From NCBI GenBank assembly GCA_951804945.1, contig OX638164.1, positions 25,048,001 through 25,112,000 on the forward strand: DNA of 64,000 bases, read 5' to 3'. Both the position numbers and the translations under genes were made by a program. Below are positions 1 through 11,125 of this stretch, in pieces. Position 1 is the stretch's first letter; each line of letters opens with the position of its first letter. Origin of the DNA: Podarcis cretensis. Lineage: Eukaryota. The notes beneath the pieces are model-generated. The model saw only the letters and a list, made by a program, of their open reading frames with translations. It searched no databases and was not told where the DNA came from.

Positions 1-1067
1 AGTTCTTCCACAGCAGCCTGTGGGCAGCAAAGGAAATATTAGGGGAGGACACTGGGAGCAGTTTAGCTGGGCAGCTGTGCTTAAATTTCTCTCTCTCTCT
101 CTATCTCTCCCCTCCAAAATGAGATAAGCCAGAACTCAGGCTGGTGTGGAAGTTGCTTGCATAGCCCTCTGCACGTGCTCAGAGCCAAACTTTTCCTTCC
201 GATTTGCAGGGCTCGACCTCTACTGAAACTGAACTTGGAGAGCATGTCAGGGGATGCTTTGGGGATTCAAGAAGGGGGTGTGCTGTGGGGCAGGGCGTGG
301 TGGCAGTGATGGTTTCTGGCTGACGTTCTCTTCTTGGGGAATCCAGCCCTGTTCTGCTTTGGCAGGGGTGGGGGTGGGTTGTAGCTGATGGGTCACTAGA
401 GAAGTGGGATGCTGTAGAGGGGAAATGTTTAGCATAAACTTGCAAAACTGACGTTTGTGTCCTTTATCAAATGGACCTCCCATGGATCCAGGTACTATAT
501 CTCGTTTTTGTTTCTTTTAGGCTATACTCTTGCTCTGTATAGTGAAAGCACAATAAAATATGTGTAATTTAATATGTAAATATGTATATAAATTTTCTTT
601 TGAAATCTAGGCATTGCTCAATGTGCCAATTCATTGCCTATTGCGGTGGAGATTGTTGATACAGATTTTAGATGTTTTAGCGGTTTTCGTTTCTACTGAT
701 TGCCTGTTATTATGTTTTCTGATGTTGTAATCTACCCTGTAATCTAAGGTGGGGTGTGTGTTTGAGCAAGTCAATACAATACTTCATTGATCAGCTTGTC
801 GTACTGTTAACTTGGGGGGGGGGGGCGGGGAAGGAATCTGCTTACTGGGGAACTGAATACTTTTTTTTTTTTTTTTTTTTTGTTCACTGAAAATGGGTCT
901 TGGCACAGAACATTTGTATGGACTCATTTTAACACCTGCTGCTCCAGGCAGGGGGAGATGGGTAGAGGGCATGTGAGCCATCCTCCCCTTTGGAAGCCAA
1001 GAGCTTCCCAGCATCCTTAGCACTAAATGTTAACATTTGCCTGCATTCTCCACCCGCCGCTGCCCAG

Positions 1068-1163
1068 ATGACTTTTCCAACACCACCTTGCCAGGGAACG
1101 AAACTTCCGAGTTTGGGTACAACCAGACATCAACTTCCCAAACTCCTGGAAGGGCTGAGGAAG
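1068..1163 (+). CDS. MCAM: MCAM membrane-proximal Ser/Thr-rich stalk exon (96 nt, phase 1-1)
   Basis: cccag acceptor and G|gtatcc donor; reads (x)DFSNTTLPGNETSEFGYNQTSTSQTPGRAEE with three N-glycosylation sequons; splices in frame to the TM exon at 2246. Confidence 0.8.
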
Positions 1164-2245
1164 GTATCCTTTCTACTTCCGCTCTAGCCACCTCTCCCCT
1201 TGGTTAGGGGGGCCTCATCCTGAGGGGCTTCCTCAGCCAATCGGACCAACGCTTGCTCTTGCCACCTGTTAGCATTTTGCTGGCTGGTCTTGACTCCAGA
1301 CTCAGAGACAGTAGCCAGGGCTGTGTGCGCTTTGAAAAACACAACTAAAAATTAAAAGTTTTGTGCTACTGGCGGGGGCGGGGGAAGAGAAGCTGCGTCA
1401 ATGTGCATGATTGTCTTATTTGTTTCTTTCTTTACTAGTCTTCAGGAGCTGTAAGTCAGCTGCCCTCCTGCCCCTCTGGGAATCTAAGTCAGTTCCTGAG
1501 GTTGGAGCAGGTGTTGACTAAACTCCATTGCCATTGCCAAGAGGACTAGGAACCTGCTTTTTTTCCTTTTAAAAAAGAAACGAGCTGAATTTGAGTTCCA
1601 TGTTGTGCTGTTCCTCTGTGTTCCAGAAACAGCAACATATGGAGCCTTGCCATGAAGCATTATGGGGCAAAGCTTTGCAAGGAAGGAGGGGCAGTCTTGC
1701 CATAAGATCCAGGAGCCTTCCACTCCCTCCATCTCCTGAGATGTATTGGAGACTTCCCCAATTTGGTGCCCTTCAACCGTTTTGGACTCCCAGCAGATTC
1801 CCAGCAGCCAGCCTGACCAGCGATCAGGGACGATGGGAATTGTAGTCCCAAAACATCTGCTGCCAGAACCCTCCAGCAACTGCTTGGGTGGCCTTTGCAT
1901 TTGAACAGGTCTTTGCTTTAGATCTGCTTTAGATCTGCCCAGAAATGCCTTTTCTCTCTCTTCCTCCCAATGTCAGTCCTTCCAAAGCCGTGAGCGGAAA
2001 TAGCAGCAGTGCTGTAATCTTCTTCACAGAACAGTGAAGTGATGCCTGCACGAATTGTGCCTTCGTGGTTCTCTGCCCATGCTCAGAGAGGCCCATCTCT
2101 ATTTCAACCTGCAAGGGCTCAGTCCTGGTTCAAGCTACACTTTGGGAGGAAGCCAGGGAAATATTGAGAGCTGCTTTGTGGCTGCAAGAAGGGTAATTCT
2201 GTTTGGATTTTCTTTCCTCCTCCTCCACCCCCCTCCCCCGAGCAG

Positions 2246-2387
2246 AGCAGACAGCACAGGAGAGCAAAGGTGTGATCATTGTGGCCGTTGTCATCTGCAT
2301 CCTGGCGATTGCTGTCCTGGGCGCCGTCCTTTACTTCCTGCACAAGAAAGGGAAGCTCACCTGTGGCCGCTCAGGCAAACAAGAGAT
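2246..2387 (+). CDS. MCAM: MCAM transmembrane exon
   Basis: EQTAQESKGVIIVAVVICILAIAVLGAVLYFLHKKGKLTCGRSGKQE matches the CD146 TM/juxtamembrane region; cag acceptor, gtaagc donor. Confidence 0.95.
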
Positions 2388-2724
2388 GTAAGCACACACA
2401 CCTTTCCTTGCAGCCTTTTGGGTGCCTCCCTCCTTCCCTCTCATCCATCTACCAGAGACCACGCTTCTTCCCTTCCTGCCCCCTCCCAGTCTCCTTGCAC
2501 CAAGCAGCGCGCTTCTTCTGATCCCATGGGAGGGAGGAAGTGGGGTGGACCTTGAACTGCTGTTGCCCACTAGGCCCTTTGCAACGTCATTTCCAACTCA
2601 GCAGCCTTAGGGGCTTGATCGGTGATGGCTGCAGGCAAAAGACATTTGCCCTTGGCCATGAGATTACGCCTTTCTGACTTCTGTCCCACCCAAGTCACTG
2701 GTCAAATAGTGCTTTGCAAGCTTT

Positions 2725-3063
2725 ACCCCTGACCATTAGGTCCAGTTGTGGCCGACTCTGGGGTTGCAGCGCTCATCTCGCTTTATTGGGCGAGGGAGCA
2801 GGCATACAGCTTCCGGGTCATGTGGCCAGCATGACGAAGCCGCTTCTGGCGAACCAGAGCAGCACACGGAAACGCCGTTTACCTTCCCGCCGGAGCGGTA
2901 CCTATTTATCTACTTGCACTTAGGGGTGCTTTCAAACTGCTAGGTTGGCAGGAGCAGGGACCGAGCAACAGGAGCTCACCCCGTTGCGGGGATTTGAACC
3001 GCTGACCTTCTGATCGGCAAGTCCTAGGCTCTGTGGTTTAACCCACAGCACCACCCGCACCCC
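2725..3063 (-). mobile_element. Sauria SINE, 3' tail missing
   Basis: Reverse complement of the lacertid Sauria SINE sequence; 11-bp TSD TTGCAAGCTTT at 2714-2724 and 3064-3074. Confidence 0.88.
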
Positions 3064-3290
3064 TTGCAAGCTTTCTAAGCGCCTCCAAAGCTGGCCAGAG
3101 ACTCCAGCGGGGACAAGGTCTGTGGTGGGGTTCCCTTCCACTCCCTTGAAGCACTTGCCTAGCTCAAGCCTCTGCTGGACCCAGAGGAGCTGAATGATAA
3201 GCCCCCCGGGAACTGCTGTTCTGTCCCAGCCTGCAGCCCACCCACTCTGCAGGGATGCGTCTCAACACTGTTACCCTCCCTCCTCCCTAG

Positions 3291-3408
3291 CACAAAGCCC
3301 GAAGCGCATAAAGACGAGATTGTAGTTGAAGTTAAGTCAGATAAACTTCCTGAAGAGGCGGGGCTCCTGCAGGGCGCCAACGGCGAGAAGAGATCGGCAG
3401 GTGACCAG
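3291..3408 (+). CDS. MCAM: MCAM cytoplasmic cassette exon (118 nt, long isoform)
   Basis: ITKPEAHKDEIVVEVKSDKLPEEAGLLQGANGEKRSAGDQ; tag acceptor, gtaggc donor. Confidence 0.95.
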
Positions 3409-4309
3409 GTAGGCCAGTTTGCCATGGCTAGCAGAGGCGATGGTTCAGAGGACCCAGCTGTGGTGTATAAAAACATGGTGTATATAAAAACGTTGTTTTT
3501 GATGCAATGTGTCATCCTTCCCCAAATCCACCTTGGGTTGCACATATGGCTTTCGGCCCGTGTGCTATCCATTCCTTTTAAAGAAAAAAAATGTTCGGGG
3601 GGGAGGTTTGTAACCCCTGGTGTAGATTGGCCCAGCTGCTATGCCCTTCTGCCCCCCACTCCCACTCTTGAATGTGCTGTGGTTACGTTAGGAAGCCCAC
3701 CACCGCTTCATAAACTGTAATAGTGAACTGAACGGGGGAAGCTTAGCATTTTCCACTGCTAAGACATCCAAGCAGGAAGAGCCTGTCTCTCTGCGTAAGG
3801 GGTACAGCTCTCGCTTTTCCCCCATGCCTTTTAGCATGGGCCAAAAGTGGGTTTCTTAGTGTCAGCAGATGCCCCTCTGCCCCTCCCCTTAGGTCTCCCT
3901 GATCCAGCAACTTCAGCCCCTGCTGCTCCCTGCGTTTGGCAGGTGCCCCTCCTGCCACCTTCCCATCAAGCAGCTTTTCGTGCTCCATGTGGACAGTGTG
4001 CATGCAGCCCCATTCTCTCTTCCCCTCAGCTTTTCTCTAGCAACCACCTATGGGAGGGCTTTTCCTGCCTCTCTCCTGCAGTCTAGCCAGAGGAGCTTCT
4101 CTATTCCAATACAGAAAAATGGTCCTGCATGTGCTTTTTTTTTTCTTTTTACTGTGCCTCCAAGCCAGTCACGCAATCTCATTCAAAACGGCTGCCATCA
4201 TCTTACCTCGGCTATCTCACACTGTGGGACAACAGAAGTGGGTGTGCATGTATTTTACTGGGCCATAATTGCAATGTAACTCTGTTTTTTCTTTTGCTGC
4301 TTTAAAAAG

Positions 4310-4339
4310 GGAGAGAAATACATCGATTTGAGGAACTGA
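4310..4339 (+). CDS. MCAM: MCAM last coding exon (GEKYIDLRN*)
   Basis: Polypyrimidine tract plus aag acceptor; conserved CD146 C-terminus KYIDL; the alternative frame gives MERNTSI* of the short isoform. Confidence 0.95.
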   Translation, partial: GEKYIDLRN

Positions 4340-6135
4340 GAAAGGAGAGACAGCTGCGCCCCTTTGAAGATTTCTCCTGTTCCTTCTCGATGCCTCCACC
4401 CCTCTTGCTCCCCCGGTCATAGTCTTTCAGAGGCACAGCAGCAGCAAATAAGGCACAAGATGGCTCCACAGCAAATAATACTTTGCAACCTCACCCTCAG
4501 GTTTTTGAAGGACAAAGCAGCTGAAGCAAATCAGTTTTCAGACCAAAAAAAGGGAGTCTTAGTTTAAAAATTACTCCCTTTAGAGAATCCACGTTAAGGA
4601 GGGGTTTTTGAGTGGGGCAGGTAGAGGAACATATAGTCTACCATAATTGTATGGGGCTTCAGTCAGTTTGTAAAAGAAAAAATATAACAGCGCTTGCTGA
4701 GCTGAATTGGTTGGAGTTTTTTTTTTTAATTGAGACTTTGTAAATTGGAGAAGAAAACTTAAAAATCTTACCTTATAGACAGGATTGGAGAATGGCAAGT
4801 GTGTGATGGATTTGGCTCTGTCTGGCATGTGGAATACTTGTGGAAAGCCAGAGTTGCCTCAGCTGTTCCTTGAACTGTTGCTGTTCTTCGCAGCAAGGTG
4901 CTGAAGGAATCAGCTGCGCTTCAGAAGCCCTAGCCCTCCAAACGGCAGAGGGTGGGGTGGGAATGGAGGTAAGAAGTCTTAAGGACACTCACTAGGGACT
5001 CAGTTTCATTGAAGTCAGTGCTGCTTACTTCCAATATAACATAAAGGATAACTGTACAGAGAGGAGGCTCTCTCTGCACTTCAGATGTTATGACAGGAAT
5101 AAAGTCTCTTTTTTGTACAAACACTGTATAGTCACACTTGTTTTTACCCAAGAACGTAGGTTATTGTCCCTTCTGCCCCCCCCCCCCAAACCCCCTTCAG
5201 CAGAGCTTCTGGGTTACCTTGCTGCAGGTGACACACTTGCCAGTCTTTGGAAGTCCTGCCTCTCCTTAGGCCACAGGAGCAGAAACAAGGCACTAAAATA
5301 GGGTGTTAAGCACATGAGGTAGTTTTCTACAATTATTTTGGGTTTTATTTTAGTGTAGCACCAAGGAACCTGCTCTGTTAGCACAAGGATTTATGCTTCC
5401 TCCCTGGTGGTCCCTCCCCCCCCCCAAAAAAAATCTGTTTTCTCAACCCTCCAGAGCAGGGCAGATGAGGGGGTGAGGAAGAGAGAAGTATAAATTCTTG
5501 TGCTAACAGATCGAGTGCATTGAAATTCATCTTGAATTGCTCTGCTCTGATAGCAGCAGCAGCAGCAGGTGACACACGGAGAATGTGAAGGAAGCTGGTG
5601 CCTGTACCAAAATGAGATTGTCATGCAGCCTTCGGAGCAGGTGCTGATGACAACTCTCTTCGTCCTTAAACATACCAGGAAGTATTACAGAATGCCGTAC
5701 TTCACCATGCTGGTCCAGTGCCTAAGAAAAGCTTTCTGCTTCTCTGTCCACACCCCAGAATTCTAAATGGACACCAGACGGAAATACTGTAGCTAGCTGC
5801 TTCCATACGGAATTACTTCCTGCAGAGTTCGGCTTTCCATTCCCCTCAAAGCCTCCCAGAAGTGAACAGCTTTCAACACAAACTGGGTAAAACAGTTAAG
5901 GTTTTGCTTTAGACACTCTTTGTTTTCCGAGTGGTTAAAAAGTGCAAACTCATCCACCAAAAACGGGGGGAAGAAGGGGGTGTTGCGCTTTCTGTGTAAG
6001 CTATAAAATTAGCAAACAAAAAATGCTTTTGTTATATATTTTTGTTGATGTGTGTAAATTTAAGAGTGTCTGAGTTGCAGGGTTTATATATATATATATA
6101 TGTATATGAAAAATAAAAAGCTAAAGTCTTCAAGC
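4340..6135 (+). other. MCAM: MCAM 3'UTR (~1.8 kb; 3' end approximate)
   Basis: Follows the stop codon and ends at a (TA)n run followed by AATAAA at 6112-6117. Confidence 0.65.
6112..6117 (+). terminator. Probable MCAM polyadenylation signal
   Basis: AATAAA after a TA-repeat, an arrangement I recall from the mammalian MCAM 3' end. Confidence 0.65.
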
Positions 6136-6627
6136 ATTGGCTCTTTCCTAATGAATGGAATACATGGCAAGGAGAAAATATCAGCCACTGTAAAGCACTT
6201 GAAGGTTTAAAAAACCTGATTCACACAGGCATGGATTAGCAGGTAACATGACACATTGTGTCTAAAAATTCTTGCTGAAGATTAGTTTATTTTAAACATA
6301 CATCTTTCCCTCTCCACTTCTATCAATGTAAGCAATATTTGCCTGGCATTTCTGTATAGGTGGGTGGGAGTTCTGTCACAATCGTAAGTGAAACCAGGTT
6401 CTGTGGGCAAGGGAAGGAATTGTAAACCTCCTCTCAGGCTGGTAGGGGCAAGAATTCAGATAGGAAAAATTGCAGAAGGCATTGGGCCCTGCCCACAAAC
6501 ACTGTCCCAATGAAAGCCTTATCTTTCATTGACTTAAGGATGCCAGCTTACAGAAAAGGCAAAGGTCACTAGAATGCTGGAGTTTAGTCCTCATTTCTGC
6601 AGTACTTCATATGCTGTTAAACTTGCA

Positions 6628-6683
6628 AGGGGGTAGACTAGATTACTCCCAGGGCCCCTTCCAACTCTACAATTCTATGATTC
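6628..6683 (+). mobile_element. CR1 3' terminal fragment
   Basis: cccttccaactctacaattctatgattc tail. Confidence 0.65.
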
Positions 6684-7319
6684 CCAACAGGATGGGAGTC
6701 ACCATCCAACATCATCTGGGGGGATCACAGGTTTCCAAACCACATGATAATATTTTTTTTTTGAGCACTTAAAATACACCAAATCATACAACCCATATCT
6801 AGAAGCAGAGCTCTGACTTGGATGGAATGTGAGCAGAGATCCTAAGCAAGGAGCATCAGTTCCAGGGAGACAGCCACGGTACACTTTTGTGAAGTTTTGA
6901 GTACACGTAAAACTTACTGGGATAAGAGGCCCAATTTCACTGGAGTTGCAAATGACACAACAGAAGCAATATGCTACAACAAAGAAATTTATTTAAAAAT
7001 AAAACTTTGTTTTTTTTATTTTACTGACACACATGAAATACCCTAAATCCTCCACAAGCTCTTTCATGGGCAGCTTACAAGAATGAAAAATAAAAAATAA
7101 ATAACATTAGTATAACCTCTAAAAACATTAACAATGCATTTTGCAGAACAAAATGAGGACTTTAGACCAAATGAACCTTAAAGCTCAGCTACTCTGTAAG
7201 AATATTTACCTTCTGTTCTTATTCTTTACAGGTCTGAAAGGATTAAATACTGCTAATATATTTTTTATATTAATGACATTATTATAACTTTTAAAATAGT
7301 CAGTGAAAATCTGAATTCA

Positions 7320-7325
7320 TTTATT
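7320..7325 (-). terminator. Candidate distal CBL polyadenylation signal
   Basis: TTTATT on + (AATAAA on -) in AT-rich context ~3.5 kb downstream of the CBL stop; another candidate at 6988-6993. Confidence 0.4.
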
Positions 7326-10300
7326 TTTTAACACTGATATTAAAATTGGTTCTCAACCTTCAGGAGAAATAAAGCTACTAATAACCTCTCTCTCCCACTC
7401 AAAGGTAATTTATCCATTAAGCATTTCAGCTTTCCTAGCCCCCCCACCCCCCGCCTTGCAGTTTTAGTCACGAGAGCAGCGGTTGTACACCAGTGAGCTA
7501 ACAGGGCTGCCGATGGCAAGTCGCACTGCTCCGAAATTGGCTACTCGAAGTGACATTCATAAAGCCGCACACCCATACCCCAAATGCATATGCAGCTCTA
7601 AGATGGGGGAGGCAGCATTTGCAAAACGGACGCTGCAAATTGAACAGGCACTGGACATTTAATACTTCAGGGCAAAATCCACAGGAAACTCTTGCAAAAC
7701 TATGGGGGAATCGACTGGAGTCTCAACAGACGATCCCAGAAGACTGCACTCCATCCCCGCATACAGAGAGGTTCGGAAGTTGTCAGGAAACTTGGCACAT
7801 GCGCCTGGAGGTGCAGCTGTATTTTGCTTCCAGTCTTAAGCCTCATTTGTTTTTAAAAAGAAAAAGGATGGGGGGGGCGACAAACTGGGATATTTTGGGT
7901 GACCCACACTGGTTGTGTCAAAATCCTGCATCTGAGTTGCGCTATTACTGCCTTCAATCCAAGCTTAGGGCAGCCAGCAATACGAACAACTCTCCAACAC
8001 TAAGGACTAAGGTAAAGAAAACCTGCTCAGGCTGAACAACACACACACACAAAAACACACACACCATGTTAGCTTTGGGGCGACAGCTTTCTCCTTCCAA
8101 GGAGCAGCTCCATGGATTTCCCTGGTCAAGTTTTAAATCTGTCTCTTCTTCAGATGCAAGATTGGAGATAGAGCATTTCCCCCATCAAAAGGCACTATAC
8201 ATTTGGCTTTAAGTAAAATAAGTCAACCTTTTTTTCTTTTTTTTTAAAGATTAAGAGACACGGGGGGGAAACATAATAAGGTAAAATTTTTAAAAGCAGC
8301 AGGGAACACACCCCGGGAGGCGTTTCTCGCTCTGCCTCCCTTGTGCTTGCAAACAAAGACATTCATGTGGTTCGAGGAGAAAGAGCCACTTTAAAAGTTC
8401 TCATGTAAATGTAAGACACAAGAAGTGGACAAAAAGGAGACATGCAGTAAAGTCCGGTCAGCTATAGTATGTGGAGTGTTCCTGTCAGGCAGAAGGCGTC
8501 CCGAAACGAGGATGGCCCTGCTCAGGGCGTGGAGAGCATCTGTAGAGGCCCATCTGCAAAGGCAAGTTGGTGCTGCCGCTTTGCACAAAGAGATTAAGGC
8601 TGACTGCAACCGAGTTTCCAGTGCTATGCCAACAGCTTCTCCGGTGGACTAGGAAATCAGCTTTGCAAAGAGCTAGTCCTCACCAAACTAGTCTCCAAAA
8701 CTGATGTGGAGTTCGTGGCCCGGATGTGGGAAGAAATATCCAAGAGGAGCGTCCAGTGGTTGCTCCAACATTTCACACTCTGAAATTGCACAGCCCCCTT
8801 GGTTCCTAAACTGCCTGGCCACAACTCTCTACTCTGCAGTTGTCGCAAAGACCCTCTGCTCACCTTGCTCCTAAATGCTATCAAGTTATTCAAAATGCAC
8901 TCTAGCCGAGACCCCCTAGGTAATAATCTTCACAGTGTTTCACATGAAAGCAGCAAGATCAGACTGACATTGCCACTGCCCATCCCATGCATGGAGGGGG
9001 CTTCTGAAGCCTCTGTGAGGTGTTGGCAACTGACAACTCTTTCTCTGGGCAGCAAGAGAAGGGCCACAGCTGCCAGGTCAACAATTCTGCTTTTGGACCA
9101 CTGCAGGCAACAGCAAACTCCTGCCAGTCTTCAAATCTTCATAGTGTGTCATTCAAACAGCACTGCTGACAATTAACAAAGTGCCAGCTAGGTGCATTCA
9201 CGGCACCTGCACAACCAGGTGCCATCTCTGACATCCTCTGCAGTTATTCCCCAGGGATCCAAGCGCTTGTGGACAAGCAAGGCTGCCCATTTAGAGAGAA
9301 ACACAAGATAAGCAGCCTCTTTCTATGCCCGCCCCCTCGTCTGGGGGGAAAGTCTTAGTATCCTTATCTGGGGCAGAGGAACCAGGCCTATTTAAACAGG
9401 GAAACTGCAGGGAAAACCAAACATGCAACTTGTTTTAAGATATACATTTTCACATGACTAATGCTGTAATTGGGGAGACTGTAGTGAAGGCTTGAGGAAG
9501 AGGATGGAAGAGGGAAGGCGTCCTCTAAATTCAGGTTGCCTGCTGTCCATCAGCCAGACGGTGGCCATCAAGGTCCAAATTCATCTTTCTAAACCTCCAT
9601 CAGCCTGCCCAAACAAGGGCAACATTCAGAAGCCACACTCTTCTTTTCCTCCCCTCCCGTTACGGTTTCTTTTGACTTGTTTGTCAAAAGAACCTGAACT
9701 TTAAAAAGAAAAATGCAACAAGCAGAGCGAAGGAGGCGGGGGGTGGGGGTGGGGAATCATCCCCTTTCACAAAAGCCCTGCAGGGAGTTGTTGCATTTTG
9801 ACTGCTGAGCTGGTCAAAAATTATTTCCACAGATGCTGGATGCAGCTGCCCACATCAATGCATAAGTAATCCAGCACAGTTAACTCTCATCCACAGGAAG
9901 TGAAAGGAAATAAGGGATCCGATGGCCACGGGACCTGTAGATGCTACGAAGATGACATGCCACATTGACCAAGCAGCTGCTCTGGGTGTGTTAAAGGGCA
10001 GCTGCTCCAGTCCTCAACAGCCTCGGTTACGTAAAAGCAGGACAGCACAGAATGCTTGGAGCTGGGGGGCCACGCAGCTACATCCAATCATCACACCAGC
10101 CCGAGAGCAGGCAAGAAGTCTTGCATCTCCGATGCCTTAAAATCCAGTGTGCGTCAGGTTAATGCTGGCAACAGGAGAAGCATGACTCAGACCGAGGAGG
10201 AGCCAGAAATGACTGGAGATGTAGAAAGGGAACAGGGAGAACATTTGGGGGAGTTGTGGGGGGAGAGAGGGAGGGTGTTGTAGCAGAAGGAAGCTACCAA

Positions 10301-10841
10301 AACCACTTCCTTAGTCAAGAATCTGTACCCGGTAGCAGGTGGTCTAAAAAGCCTGAGCCAAAACATACAGCAGCAAAGAGTACCCTGAACCACAGGAGGG
10401 CACGCCACAAGAAAGGTGGAGACGCCATTCGACAGACTGGCATCCCCTTTTAATTCACAGCACGACACAAGACACCCCGGCAAACGCCCTTCCGCTCCCG
10501 CCCTCTTGTCCACCAGCACAGGAACTAAGAGGTCTTTCCAAAGCGACACAACCGCCCCCTCCAACGAGGACGTGCGGGAGGAAGGGGCCAAGAGGGGAGG
10601 GACTCCAAAAGACACACAGACTGGAGAGGACGCACCTATCTGCTCCGTTTCGTTCCGTTTGCTTGGAAACCTGGAATCGCATGAAACCCTGATGACCGAT
10701 TACTCTCTGTCGAGGCAAGCCTGCCTTCGCAGGAAGTCTCTCGCGGAGCCCGTTGCCTCCTCTAGGTAGAAGCTGGGCAGGAGACTGCCCAGGCAGGTTG
10801 GATGTGCAGGGGTGTCCCAGGCAGGGCCAAGGGGATGTGTG

Positions 10842-11125
10842 CTATGTGGCTAGGTGAGCGGGGGAGGAGACGGAGACAAACTCCCGCAGAATATTTTTGG
10901 CCATGTCGATATTGTTATGGGCAATGACAAGGGCTTTCTGGATGTCCTGATATGAGTAGCCTTGGCTCATGAGGTTCTCGATCTCGCTGGAGAGCTGCGG
11001 GGAGGAAGCAGGGGCCGGCCCTGCTCCACCAGTTTGCAGGCAGCTGCCTGCTTTGCGTTCAGAGTTTATCCTCCGGGGCAAGGGCTTTGGAGGCCGCTCT
11101 GGGACCTGGGAGCCATCAGACAAAC
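10842..11125 (-). CDS. CBL: CBL exon 16 coding part (UBA domain, stop TAG)
   Basis: [19 protein letters not shown]...[49 protein letters not shown]. Confidence 0.96.

Noticed and set aside
1977-1989. Second possible MCAM microexon (13 nt, donor gtgagc)
   Set aside because: Frameshifts relative to the phase-1 flanking exons and has weaker support; not excluded as a short terminal exon (VLPKP*)
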